NCBI GenBank assembly: GCA_027623815.1
Contig: JAQBUV010000002.1
Span: forward strand, 16,633 to 80,632
From: Chloroflexota bacterium
GTDB taxonomy: Bacteria > Chloroflexota > Dehalococcoidia > Lucifugimonadales > UBA3495
DNA length: 64,000 bases
Direction of reading: 5' to 3'
Part shown: piece after piece, positions 1 through 8,894 of the stretch
Layout: each line of letters begins with the position of its first letter
Numbering within the stretch: the first letter of the stretch is position 1
Made by a program: the position numbers and the translations under genes
Notes under the pieces: model-generated
What the model was told of the DNA's origin: nothing
What the model saw: only the letters and a program-made list of their open reading frames with translations
Database searches by the model: none

Positions 1-1
1 C

Positions 2-472
2 GCCAAGAGCCAGCGAGATGGTGAGGAAAGCAGCGACTCCTGGGGTATTGTGCCGGACCTGGTGCTGATCGACGGCGGTAAGGGACATTTATCGGCGGCT
101 CTGGAGGTGTTCCTGGAGCTTGGCCTAGATGACGTTCCGCTGGCGTCGCTGGCCAAGGAAAACGAGTGGCTGTACGTGCCCCATACCCCAGAACCGATCA
201 TTCTGCCCCGTAAGTCCCAGTCCCTGTATCTGGTGCAGCGACTGCGGGATGAAGCCCACCGCTTTGCCATAACCTACCATCGCAACCTGCGCAGTAAAGG
301 CAGCCTGCGTTCCTCGATTGATATGGTTACTGGCATCGGCCCCAAGCGCAAACGTATGTTGCTGCGGCGATTTGGGTCGGTTCAGGCGATTAAAGAAGCT
401 CCATTGGATGAGATTGCCGCTGTTCCGGGGTTGACCCGCTCGCTGGCTCTACGGTTGAAGCAGACCCTGTAA
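2..472 (+). CDS. uvrC: Excinuclease ABC subunit C (UvrC), C-terminal fragment; the 5' end lies outside the window
   Basis: The frame is open from nt 2. It contains the 'PDLVLIDGGKGHL' motif and a C-terminal helix-hairpin-helix 'GIGPKRKRMLLRRFGSVQAIKEAPLDEIAAVPG' typical of UvrC. Confidence 0.85.
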   Translation, partial: AKSQRDGEESSDSWGIVPDLVLIDGGKGHLSAALEVFLELGLDDVPLASLAKENEWLYVPHTPEPIILPRKSQSLYLVQRLRDEAHRFAITYHRNLRSKGSLRSSIDMVTGIGPKRKRMLLRRFGSVQAIKEAPLDEIAAVPGLTRSLALRLKQTL

Positions 473-503
473 GTCTAGGTGATTTGGCCAGCCTGCGATT
501 GGG

Positions 504-531
504 GCGCACCGACGTGCGCTCTTACCTTCTT
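504..531 (+). terminator. Weak candidate terminator after uvrC
   Basis: A 6-bp hairpin GCGCAC-CGAC-GTGCGC (504-519) is followed by the pyrimidine-rich tail TCTTACCTTCTT. The U-tract is poor. Confidence 0.3.
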
Positions 532-578
532 GGGCCAGTCCCGACCAGATTCCGAGGTCCCCATGTAGATTCCGCCGG

Positions 579-610
579 GGCTTTTGTTGCGGCTTTTGTT
601 GCGGCTTTGG
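579..610. repeat. 12-bp tandem repeat, 2.7 copies (GGCTTTTGTTGC)
   Basis: Copies at 579-590 and 591-602 are identical. A partial third copy GGCTTTGG lies at 603-610. The repeat is about 90 nt upstream of the mgtE start. Confidence 0.9.
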
Positions 611-701
611 TATAGGAAGTATGCAATAACCAATTACCCCCCTGGAAAACCCGGAAACCAACGACCAGATCAGGCACCGACAAAACCTGCTGCAGGCCCT
701 G

Positions 702-2021
702 GTGCGGGAAACCCGGTATTTACTGGAGCGAGATGAGGTTGAGTCAGCGCTGAATTTCTTCCGTCAGATACACCCGGCAGACCAGGGTGACGTGCTGGTG
801 GAGATGGACGACCAGATCAGGCTGAAGATGTTGGCCGTCCTGTTACCGGATGAAACCGCGGAAATTATTGAACACATTGAACCGGAAGATGCGGTAGACG
901 TCTTTGAGGGAGTGGACGTTGCGACCTTGGCTCAAATTCTAGATGAGACCAGCCCGGACGTAGCCGCGGATATTCTGAATGACCTGGCGCCGGGCAGGTC
1001 ACGGGACATTCTGGAGGAGATGTCCGAGTCTGAGGACGTAGAATCTCTCTTGGAGCACGCCGACGATACTGCCGGCGGTTTGATGATTCCCGACTACCCG
1101 GTGGTCAAGGAGAACATTTCCGTGGCCAACGCCCTGGATATCCTTCGTTTGCTCGGCCCCGAAGCTGAAGACCTCAGCGCGGTGTTGGTGGTGGGCGATG
1201 AAGATAAGCTGGTGGGTACCCTGAGCATCACCCGCCTAGCCTTGGCCCGTCCCAGCACCTTGGTGGGAGACCTGATGCACCGAGACTTTATTTCAGTGGG
1301 TCCGGGCAACGACCAGGAAGAGTCGGCGCTGCTGATGCAACGGTACAACCTGAACCAACTTCCGGTAGTTGGTCCGGAAGGGCGACTGCTGGGTGTCATT
1401 CTGGCGGAAGACATGGTAGACGTTGTGGAGGAAGAAGCAACCGAGGACATGTACCGTATGGCCGGGGTGGCGGGTGAAAGATTATTCGGCCCCTTGCGGA
1501 ATTCCCTGCGGAGTCGGTTGCCCTGGCTATTCTTGAACCTGGCGACCACTTTTCTGGCGGCGGGCGTGGTCAGCATATTTGAATCTACCATCATTAAGGT
1601 GGTGGCGCTGGCCGTGTTTCTGCCCATAGTAGCCGGGCAGGGTGGTATTGGCGGAACGCAAACCGTCACTCTGGTAGTGCGAAGCATGGCCTTGGGAGAC
1701 CTGCCGCCTCAGGTCGGATTGCGCCTGCTGTCGCGGGAATTGTTGTTGGGGCTGATTAATGGCCTCCTGCTGGGAGTGGTGGTCGGGGCCATCGCCTTCA
1801 TTTGGAAGGGTGAGCCAGTTCTGGGACTAATCTTAGGGCTGGCAATGTTGGGCAACATGGTGATCGCCGCCCTGGCTGGCGCGGGTGTGCCCCTGTTATT
1901 GCGCCGCTTCAAGATTGACCCGGCGGTGTCTTCGGCGGTGTTCGTTACCACTTTCACTGACGTCCTGGGCTTTCTGCTATTCTTGGGCCTGGCGGCCATA
2001 TTTATTACCCTGCTGGTTTAA
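702..2021 (+). CDS. mgtE: Magnesium transporter MgtE
   Basis: 439 aa with a GTG start. It has an acidic N-terminal MgtE_N domain, tandem CBS region ('LVGTLSITRLA', 'LLGVILAEDMV') and a C-terminal 5-TM domain with 'PIVAGQGGIGGTQT' and 'TTFTDVLGFLLFLGLA'. Confidence 0.9.
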   Translation: MRETRYLLERDEVESALNFFRQIHPADQGDVLVEMDDQIRLKMLAVLLPDETAEIIEHIEPEDAVDVFEGVDVATLAQILDETSPDVAADILNDLAPGRSRDILEEMSESEDVESLLEHADDTAGGLMIPDYPVVKENISVANALDILRLLGPEAEDLSAVLVVGDEDKLVGTLSITRLALARPSTLVGDLMHRDFISVGPGNDQEESALLMQRYNLNQLPVVGPEGRLLGVILAEDMVDVVEEEATEDMYRMAGVAGERLFGPLRNSLRSRLPWLFLNLATTFLAAGVVSIFESTIIKVVALAVFLPIVAGQGGIGGTQTVTLVVRSMALGDLPPQVGLRLLSRELLLGLINGLLLGVVVGAIAFIWKGEPVLGLILGLAMLGNMVIAALAGAGVPLLLRRFKIDPAVSSAVFVTTFTDVLGFLLFLGLAAIFITLLV

Positions 2022-2058
2022 TGGGCCAATTGCAAAGTCCCAAGATGCGGCGGGTACT

Positions 2059-2126
2059 AACCTAACCCCTGCCCTCTCTCCTATTGGGACAGGGGTGGCC
2101 AACGGAGCAAGGTCGGGACGAAGGCC
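2059..2126. repeat. Intergenic hairpin-containing repeat, copy A (related to 28201-28271)
   Basis: It contains the CCCCTG...CAGGGG hairpin followed by GGGGTGGCCAACGGAGCAAGGTCGGGACGAAGGCC. That core aligns with GGGGTAGCCGAGCGGAGCAAGGTCGAGGTGAGGGCC at 28236-28271 at roughly 28 of 36 positions by eye. Confidence 0.55.
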
Positions 2127-2239
2127 AGCCGCACTATTGGAATTCCCTGATTCAGCGTCCGCCTTGATTACCCGCTCTTGATGGGGTTACTATATAAGTA
2201 AATGACCGACAAGCAAACGATAGGATACGAGTCCAGTAC

Positions 2240-2899
2240 ATGGTAAAGGTATCCATTACGCTACCCAATAATGCTCAGATAACCTTTGAATCGGAAGAGC
2301 CAGAAGTTATCCATGAGATAGTTGGAATGGTCCTCCGTGACCTGCCCCGCGAGCTGATGCAATCGTCGGTAGTGGTCAACGGCAACGGCGGGCATCATGT
2401 TGAGCCGCCCAATGGCACAACTCCCGCCGTAGTGGAGCAATCGCCGGAGCCGCTATCATCGGGTGAGCAGCCCGCCGCTGTAGATGTAGCCGTTTCCGTT
2501 GCTGGAAAGGTTAATCCAACTCCCAAGAAAGCCAAAGAGACAAGGGCAAAGCCCCCGGTCGCGACTGTTTCGGTGGCAACCCCACCGGTCGCTAATCCGT
2601 CTGCCAGTGCCGCTCAGGCTAGCTTTGCCGAGTTTTGCCGAACCAGCAATCCGCTGGGCGATATGCGGAGGGTGGTGGTGGCTGCAGAGGGCGCCCGTCG
2701 CTTCCTGGGCGCCGAAAGCGTCGATGCTAAGGGACTGGGTCACTTTTTTGACCTGGCTGGCTGGCCGCGTCCGCACAGCTTTGTCCAAACCCTGCGCAAC
2801 GCCGCCCGCAGCAAGTTCCGGTGGCTGGAACGGGTCCCGGGACGTTCCGGTTATTACACCGTCACTGAGATCGGGCGAACCACCGCTCTCGGCGGCTGA
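2240..2899 (+). CDS. Hypothetical protein (small N-terminal domain, Pro/Ala-rich linker, C-terminal globular domain)
   Basis: 219-aa ORF with an ATG start and normal composition outside the PA-rich linker. I recognise no family. Confidence 0.5.
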   Translation: MVKVSITLPNNAQITFESEEPEVIHEIVGMVLRDLPRELMQSSVVVNGNGGHHVEPPNGTTPAVVEQSPEPLSSGEQPAAVDVAVSVAGKVNPTPKKAKETRAKPPVATVSVATPPVANPSASAAQASFAEFCRTSNPLGDMRRVVVAAEGARRFLGAESVDAKGLGHFFDLAGWPRPHSFVQTLRNAARSKFRWLERVPGRSGYYTVTEIGRTTALGG

Positions 2900-3079
2900 A
2901 CCTCAGTCAATCCTTGCCAAACCCCCAGTTGCGGCTGACCTCCGCAGGTACTATCCTAGAGCAAACTCTCCAACGTGGGCATTTCCAACATTTGCCCATC
3001 AATCTACGGTTGCCGACGGCTGGCATTTCGCCGTCAGTGATCTACACCAAAGTTTGTAATAGGCAAGGAGGCTTGAGCC

Positions 3080-4492
3080 ATGAAAATGTATATCAGCGGT
3101 CAGTGGGTTAGTCGGCCAGAAGAAATACCGGTTCGTAACCCCTTCGATCAATCGATAGTTGACACGGTGCCTCGGGGAACTGCCGCCGATGTGGAGCAGG
3201 CCATCACCAGCGCGGCCCGAGGTGCTGTGGCAATGGGCAAGCTGCCCGGTTATGAACGATATATGATTTTGCGGCGAACCGCCGACTTGATGGCGGAGCG
3301 GGCCGAAGACCTGGCTCAGACCATCACTAGCGAGGAAGGCAAAGTAATCGCAGAGGGGCGTGGCGAAGTCCAGCGAGCCATTCAGACCATCACTCTTTCC
3401 TCGGAAGAAGCCAAGCGGCTGCACGGCGAGACGGTGCCTTTGGACGGCGCGCCCGGTGTAACCAGCCAGTTCGGTTTCACCATTCGAGTCCCGGTGGGAA
3501 TCGTCGCCGCCATCAGTCCCTTCAACTTCCCGCTGAACCTGGTCTGCCACAAGGTCGGCCCAGCCTTGGCTGGGGGCAACGCGGTGGTGTTGAAACCCGC
3601 TGGCGACACGCCGCTGTCGGCGCTGAAGCTCACTGAGATACTTCTGGAGGCTGGCTTGCCGGAAGAGGCAATTCAATGCGTCACTGGCCCCGGTTCGGAG
3701 ATTGGCGACGCCCTTACCGGCGATCCCCGAGTTCGCAAGATTACCTTCACCGGCAGCATGGAAGTGGGCGACCGCATCTGCCGCAACGCGGGAATCAAGA
3801 AGGTGACCATGGAGCTTGGCTCCAACAGCCCGCTGATTGTCATGTCCGACGCCGATATTGAGAAAGTGGCGGCGGCCACCGTTGCCAGCGGCTTTGCCAA
3901 CGCCGGTCAGGTGTGCATATCCACTCAGCGGGTGTTTGCCGAACGTAATATTTATGCTGATTTCCTGGATGCTATGGTTGCTCCCACACAGGCGTTTATG
4001 GCGGGCAACCCTATGGACGCGGCCACCAAAATGGGGCCGATGATTCGCGAGTCCGACGCGGCCCGGGTGCATGACTGGATTGTCGAGGCGGTGGGCCAGG
4101 GTGCGCGGGTAGTGGCGGGTGGCGATCGAGAAGGCACCCTGCATGCGCCGACGGTAATAGCCGACGTTAAGTCCGATATGCGAGTTTCTCGCGAGGAGTT
4201 GTTCGGCCCGGCGGTGGCGGTAAGTTCATTCAGTAACATTGACGAGGCCATCGCCATGGCCAACGATAGCCGCTTTGGACTATCGGCGGGCATCTTCACC
4301 CAGAACATTGACTGGGCTATGCGGTTTGCCAAAGAAGTGCAATCGGGCAATCTGCACATCAACTCCTCACCCCAATGGCGGGCCGACCTGATGCCCTACG
4401 GCGGGTTGAAGGACAGCGGCATGGGCAAGGAAGGCCCCGGCTATGCCATTGAGGAGATGACCGAGCTAAAGATGGTGGTGTTCCACCTGTAG
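3080..4492 (+). CDS. NAD(P)-dependent aldehyde dehydrogenase family protein
   Basis: 470 aa. The RBS AAGGAGG sits 7 nt upstream. ALDH hallmarks are present: 'FNFPLNL', 'VTMELGSNSPLIV' (catalytic Glu), 'FANAGQVCISTQRVF' (catalytic Cys) and 'EELFGPV/A'. Confidence 0.9.
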   Translation: MKMYISGQWVSRPEEIPVRNPFDQSIVDTVPRGTAADVEQAITSAARGAVAMGKLPGYERYMILRRTADLMAERAEDLAQTITSEEGKVIAEGRGEVQRAIQTITLSSEEAKRLHGETVPLDGAPGVTSQFGFTIRVPVGIVAAISPFNFPLNLVCHKVGPALAGGNAVVLKPAGDTPLSALKLTEILLEAGLPEEAIQCVTGPGSEIGDALTGDPRVRKITFTGSMEVGDRICRNAGIKKVTMELGSNSPLIVMSDADIEKVAAATVASGFANAGQVCISTQRVFAERNIYADFLDAMVAPTQAFMAGNPMDAATKMGPMIRESDAARVHDWIVEAVGQGARVVAGGDREGTLHAPTVIADVKSDMRVSREELFGPAVAVSSFSNIDEAIAMANDSRFGLSAGIFTQNIDWAMRFAKEVQSGNLHINSSPQWRADLMPYGGLKDSGMGKEGPGYAIEEMTELKMVVFHL

Positions 4493-4528
4493 TCGCAAAT
4501 CCAACCCGCGTCCACCTGGGCGGCTTTT

Positions 4529-4565
4529 AGGGGAACCCTTTGGTAACTGAGGGTTCCCCTATTTG
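4529..4565 (+). terminator. Rho-independent terminator after the aldehyde dehydrogenase
   Basis: An 11-bp perfect stem AGGGGAACCCT / AGGGTTCCCCT with a 10-nt loop is followed by ATTTGA. Confidence 0.65.
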
Positions 4566-4707
4566 ATACTGACAGGCTGGGCCAGGCGATGTAGGTTATA
4601 ATCTTCTTGGTAATCGACGAATCCCAACCCTGAACTGTTTCTTCTTGGCAAAGATTGCCTGGGGAATGGGCCTTTTAACAACACTGCGTAGGGGAACTAC
4701 TGTAATT

Positions 4708-5454
4708 ATGGAAGTTATAACCGAACCACCTCAGCGGATATTGGTGGTCACTCCCCATCCCGACGACGCCGAGGGCGGCTGCGGCGCGACGATGGCCAAG
4801 TGGATCAAGGAGTCGGGTACCGAGGCGGTGGTGTTGATGTGTACCAACGGCGATAAGGGCACCGCCGACCGGGAGATTGCCCCGGCTGAATTGGCCGTGA
4901 TACGGGAGCGGGAGCAGCGCGATGCCTCAAGAGTGCTGGGGGTTAAAGATGTGGTGTTCCTGGCCTACCCGGACGGCACCCTGGAGAATACTCAGAAGTT
5001 TCGAGGGCAGGTGGTGCGAGAAATCCGCCGCCATCGGCCTGACATAATCTTCTGTATCGACCCCTACCGTAGCATCAGCCACACCCATCGTGATCACCGG
5101 ATGAGCGGTCAGGTGGCCCTGGACGCCGCCTACTCCTACGCCTGGAGCCATCTGCATTTCCCCGGCCAGATTGAAGAAGAAGGATTACAGCCGCATATGG
5201 TCAAGGAGGCTTTCCTTTGGGGATCGGAAAGCCCGGATGTATTTGTCGATGTCGATGGCTACCTGGAAATGAAGGCCGACTCCCTGAGCGCTCATGCCAG
5301 CCAGATGACCAGGCGGACTCCCGAGGAACGCATCGAACGAATCAGGACTGGTACTGCCAATCAAGGAGAGAAGGTGGGCCTGGCCCACGCTGAGAGCTTC
5401 CGCCGCATTGAATTCGACCTGGGTTCTATGGCCTGGCTGTTCCTTAATTCGTAA
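4708..5454 (+). CDS. PIG-L/LmbE family N-acetylglucosaminyl deacetylase
   Basis: It carries 'VVTPHPDDAEGGCG' (the PIG-L zinc motif) and a downstream 'HRDH'. I chose the ATG at 4708 ('MEVITEPP'); the ORF-track start at 4645 is a TTG adding 21 unconserved-looking residues. Confidence 0.8.
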   Translation: MEVITEPPQRILVVTPHPDDAEGGCGATMAKWIKESGTEAVVLMCTNGDKGTADREIAPAELAVIREREQRDASRVLGVKDVVFLAYPDGTLENTQKFRGQVVREIRRHRPDIIFCIDPYRSISHTHRDHRMSGQVALDAAYSYAWSHLHFPGQIEEEGLQPHMVKEAFLWGSESPDVFVDVDGYLEMKADSLSAHASQMTRRTPEERIERIRTGTANQGEKVGLAHAESFRRIEFDLGSMAWLFLNS

Positions 5455-5463
5455 AATTAGTTC

Positions 5464-7005
5464 TCAAGCTTGCCGCTCTTTAACCGGTCTGGGAGCGCCG
5501 CCATCTGATTTTTGAGCCACTGGCGTTTGAAACCACAACCGCTCCGCGTCAGCGCCCAGCCTTTCCACGTTGAGCGTTATTCCAGCGGAGTTCAGCATTT
5601 TGCGGCAGACCACTACCCGCAAGTCGCTTTCCCGTAAGTCGGTATCCCCTAAGTTGCTCTCAATTGAGGGCTGGTCTGGCTGTTTCGTAAACTCCACCGA
5701 GATCGTCACAGACTGATGATCTGATGTTGCCCTCACCCGCAATTTTGCTGGACTTACGGTGTATGCCGTGGCGCAATCGACCAGGTGCCGAATGACGCTC
5801 TCTGCGATCTGAGAATCGATAGACATTTTCGGCAGTTTCGGGTCGCAGATGAATTTGACACCGCTTGCGGTCACCGCGCCGGATAGTTCCAGTTCTAGCA
5901 GCCGGAAAATTTCTTGGACACGGGTTTCCGGCTGGCTATCTACCTGGCATGAGAGATTCTGCTGGGTTGGCAGCACCAAATCCCTAATCGCCCGGTTCAG
6001 ACGATCGGCAGCCTGATTTATTGTTCTGAGAAACTCCTGCCGAACTTCTTCCGGCCAATCGCTACCTGGTTGGAGCAGAGAACAGGTGTAACCTTTGATT
6101 GAAGTCAGCGGCGAGTACAGAGCGTGAGCCAAGTCCACCATCGGCTCCGCATATTGGGTCGAGCCATCTGTGCGCGATTCCTGAGATCTGGCACCACCCT
6201 TAGTTTTCTGCTGTAGCTGGAAGGCTTGAAGCATGGTGAGTTGGTGGAGTCCGACGTTATAAACTGCCGGAGCGATCTGGTTGCCGACCTGGTGTAGCAG
6301 GTCCCGTTCCTTAGCGCTGAAGGGCCAACTTTTTCTGCGTAGCTCCAACGACCCGATGACGGCACCGTAGTGGCTGAGCGGTACAGTTAGTCTGGACAAT
6401 AAGTCGGTGCCGCCATTAAATTGCTCGGCGGATGCAGAATAGTTGATAGTTTGGAGGGTGTCAATACGATAATCGGGCTGGCCCGACGCTATCCATGACA
6501 GGAGAGCCTGGTCGAAACCAATTGCCTTGCCGAGGCAATCAGACAGTCGATTGAAGAGGTCTTCCAAGTTGTTTTCGATTGAGGTAACAATCCCGGCAAT
6601 CTCATCCACCAGGTTCATTTCTTGATCTTTTGACTGGACTCGTTGGCGCAGTTGAATGTTCTCCAAACGCACGGCCAGCATGTTTAAAAGGTCAATGACC
6701 AGCCGATTTTGTGGGGCGGTGAACCCGGTGGGAATAGGGGCGCGCACTAACACCGAACCCAGCGCACCATAATTGCCACGAATGGGAAATTCTAGTGTTG
6801 TGCTTGGTGAAACTTCACTCCTTGACGCAGATTTCCAAGAAAAAGCCACCCGGCCGGTAGATTCCTCGTGGTTCAGCAGTACCACAGTTAAAGCGTCCAG
6901 GGGCAGCAACAGTTTGACCTGCTCCAAAAAATGCGCGCAGGCGTCTTTGATTTCGTCGTCTAGCAGGTAGGATTGTGATGCTTGGACCATATTTGCGCTA
7001 AACAC
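5464..7005 (-). CDS. Cytoplasmic GAF-domain sensor histidine-kinase-like protein with a degenerate ATPase domain
   Basis: 513 aa with no TM segments. The H-box is 'DLAHALYSPLTSIKGY'. The position of the N-box reads 'HLVDCATAYT' (Asn replaced by Cys), and I cannot find G1 (DxGxG) or G2 (GxGLG) boxes in the C-terminal 100 aa. Confidence 0.7.
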   Translation of the reverse strand: MFSANMVQASQSYLLDDEIKDACAHFLEQVKLLLPLDALTVVLLNHEESTGRVAFSWKSASRSEVSPSTTLEFPIRGNYGALGSVLVRAPIPTGFTAPQNRLVIDLLNMLAVRLENIQLRQRVQSKDQEMNLVDEIAGIVTSIENNLEDLFNRLSDCLGKAIGFDQALLSWIASGQPDYRIDTLQTINYSASAEQFNGGTDLLSRLTVPLSHYGAVIGSLELRRKSWPFSAKERDLLHQVGNQIAPAVYNVGLHQLTMLQAFQLQQKTKGGARSQESRTDGSTQYAEPMVDLAHALYSPLTSIKGYTCSLLQPGSDWPEEVRQEFLRTINQAADRLNRAIRDLVLPTQQNLSCQVDSQPETRVQEIFRLLELELSGAVTASGVKFICDPKLPKMSIDSQIAESVIRHLVDCATAYTVSPAKLRVRATSDHQSVTISVEFTKQPDQPSIESNLGDTDLRESDLRVVVCRKMLNSAGITLNVERLGADAERLWFQTPVAQKSDGGAPRPVKERQA

Positions 7006-7072
7006 TTGTGTTTGGGTACTAAATAAATCGAATCAGGAATACTTTGATTAACACCGAAGCCCTTCAAAACAG

Positions 7073-7435
7073 CTAATCCTCGGTGGGAGCCATCTCTCGG
7101 TATACCTGGTCGGTTCTGGCGGCCATTATAAAGTCGTTTTGATGGAGGTTGCGGATCTTGTGAGTCCACCAGGTCACTCCCACCCGGCCCCACTCGGTGG
7201 TGATCTTAGGGTGGTGGTTTTCAGCTTCGGCTAGCAGACCGATAGCGTTGGTGAAGGCCATGGCTTGCTCAAAGTTTCGAAACTTGAAAGTCCGGTCCAG
7301 TTTGGGAATTTCCTGTTCAATTAACAATTCCCAATCGGGGATAGATGGCTTAAGCTGGGTGATTTCATGGTCGGTCACCTGGGGCGAATCCCGGCGGCAG
7401 GCGGTGCAATTCTGTTGGTGAAGCTGTTGTGTCAT
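7073..7435 (-). CDS. phhB: 4a-hydroxytetrahydrobiopterin dehydratase (PCD/DCoH)
   Basis: 120 aa. 'FKFRNFEQAMAFTNAIGLLAEAENHHPKITTEWGRVGVTWWTH' matches the PCD signature (HHP...W.TH). Confidence 0.85.
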   Translation of the reverse strand: MTQQLHQQNCTACRRDSPQVTDHEITQLKPSIPDWELLIEQEIPKLDRTFKFRNFEQAMAFTNAIGLLAEAENHHPKITTEWGRVGVTWWTHKIRNLHQNDFIMAARTDQVYREMAPTED

Positions 7436-7675
7436 GCCAGACCTCCCGTCGGCTGTCCTGCTGGGGCTATTTGGGCTGAGGTTATATCGATTGGATCAAA
7501 GATACATTCTAGCAAACAAAGGGTCATTGTGGGTATAGGCAGCGAATCTGATTGCTCAAGTTCTTGCTGGGCCACTGATGGGGCCAACACGCGTACTCCA
7601 TATATAGGGTTCACCAAAGCTGAGTATTGAAGGGTCGGCCCCAATAGGAGTATAGTCAGCGTAAACACGTCAGCA

Positions 7676-7707
7676 ATTGGGTAATTAGAAGATTGGGTAA
7701 TTAGAAG
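7676..7707. repeat. Perfect 16-bp tandem duplication (ATTGGGTAATTAGAAG x2) abutting the RBS of the downstream gene
   Basis: 7676-7691 is identical to 7692-7707. The repeat ends 11 nt before the ATG at 7719. Confidence 0.95.
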
Positions 7708-7718
7708 AAGGTGATGCC

Positions 7719-8549
7719 ATGATATTTGGTGCCATATCTAACTCTTGGAGACAACAGTTGGCCAACCAAGACTTAGCCGATCTGGTGAAACAGGCCCAAG
7801 AACAGGGCTCCGGGCACGTTGAGCTCAGGCAGACCTGCCTTGGTGCTTACGAACAAGGCGAGGGCAATGATTGGCGTCCTGTTTTGTCAAAGATGCAGAC
7901 CCTGGTAGACGGGTTTCCTCAGTTGACTTTTGACCTGGCGATGGCGATGCCGTGCCTCAGCCAGCAGATTGACCCCAAGGGCGCGTATTTTCAGTCGGCC
8001 CTGGAAGGGGCCAAGCTGGTGGGCGGCAGCAGCCCCCATCTGCGCACAGTTGACCCCAGCTCCTTTGACCAGATATGGGAGAAACCCGCCGATATACCAG
8101 AGACCGCCCTGGGGTTGGTTGAACTGACCCGGGAAGCGGCCAGCCAAGGCGTGATCCTTTCCATGGAAAACTCGGCTCAGCCCATTGGCAGCATGGCATT
8201 GTTGGTCAACGAAATTCGTTCGCGGCTGTCGGAAGCCGAGGGCAAATTTTTGGGCCTGTGTCCCGACCCAACCAACCAACTGCGACGTTTCCCCGACACT
8301 GATCCGATCGCGGAGTTGGATGCGTTGCCTCTGGACATGATCAAAATTGTCCACTTCAAGCAAGCGCGGGACGGTAAACCCCACCCGACGGTAGACACCG
8401 GCGATCTGGACTGTATCAGCATGCTCCACGTGCTGGAGAATAAGGGATATCAAGGGCAGGCAATCATGGAAATACCTTCCCACGAGGACGTGTTCGACAA
8501 CCTCTCGGCTAGCTTCGCCTACCTGGAAGCCGGGTCTCAGGGGAACTAG
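7719..8549 (+). CDS. Sugar phosphate isomerase/epimerase (xylose isomerase-like TIM barrel) family protein
   Basis: 276 aa. The pattern of 'VELR', 'LSMEN', 'IVHFKQ' and 'AIMEIP' resembles the metal-ligand strands of the AP_endonuc_2 TIM-barrel family. Confidence 0.6.
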   Translation: MIFGAISNSWRQQLANQDLADLVKQAQEQGSGHVELRQTCLGAYEQGEGNDWRPVLSKMQTLVDGFPQLTFDLAMAMPCLSQQIDPKGAYFQSALEGAKLVGGSSPHLRTVDPSSFDQIWEKPADIPETALGLVELTREAASQGVILSMENSAQPIGSMALLVNEIRSRLSEAEGKFLGLCPDPTNQLRRFPDTDPIAELDALPLDMIKIVHFKQARDGKPHPTVDTGDLDCISMLHVLENKGYQGQAIMEIPSHEDVFDNLSASFAYLEAGSQGN

Positions 8550-8630
8550 GTATCCGCGCCGCCGAAGCATAGTGTTACACTGAACGGCGGTTCGGCCAGC
8601 GGGAAACTTAGTTAACCAGGGAGATTGAAC

Positions 8631-8870
8631 ATGGCTTTGGGCACCAGAAACCTGGTTGAAGAGCACCAGAAATTGGGCCGGGCTTGGATTGATGCCGAGC
8701 AGGAGCGGATCAGTATTCTGCAAAAAATACTGCAAGACAATTTTGCCAAATGCACAATGGACTATCCAGAGGACTTGTTCCGCGAATATGAAGCGGCGTT
8801 GTCCGCAGCATCTCAGGCCAATCAGGCCTATTTCCGGTGGCTGGCCGAGCAAGGCATCCAGTCCCGATAA
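8631..8870 (+). CDS. Small hypothetical protein (helical, 79 aa)
   Basis: The ATG at 8631 has GGGAG 8-9 nt upstream, and the helical composition is balanced. It competes with an overlapping ORF at 8656-8898 that is Arg/Ser/Cys-rich and less protein-like. Confidence 0.4.
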   Translation: MALGTRNLVEEHQKLGRAWIDAEQERISILQKILQDNFAKCTMDYPEDLFREYEAALSAASQANQAYFRWLAEQGIQSR

Positions 8871-8894
8871 TTTGATCCCGTACGTTCGCACCCT

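Noticed and set aside
473-701. Possible M-box (Mg2+) riboswitch upstream of mgtE
   Set aside because: I could not find the conserved M-box sequence blocks by eye. This is left as unverified rather than called, and an Infernal scan would settle it.
2999-4144. 381-aa minus-strand ORF antisense to the aldehyde dehydrogenase gene
   Set aside because: It lies entirely within a confidently identified plus-strand gene. It is Arg/Gly/His/Ala-rich with no recognisable motif, the typical shadow ORF of high-GC DNA.
7887-8891. 334-aa minus-strand ORF opposite the TIM-barrel isomerase and the small ORF region
   Set aside because: It is antisense to a gene with family motifs. It has low-complexity Gly/Arg/Gln/Pro composition and no RBS or start context.
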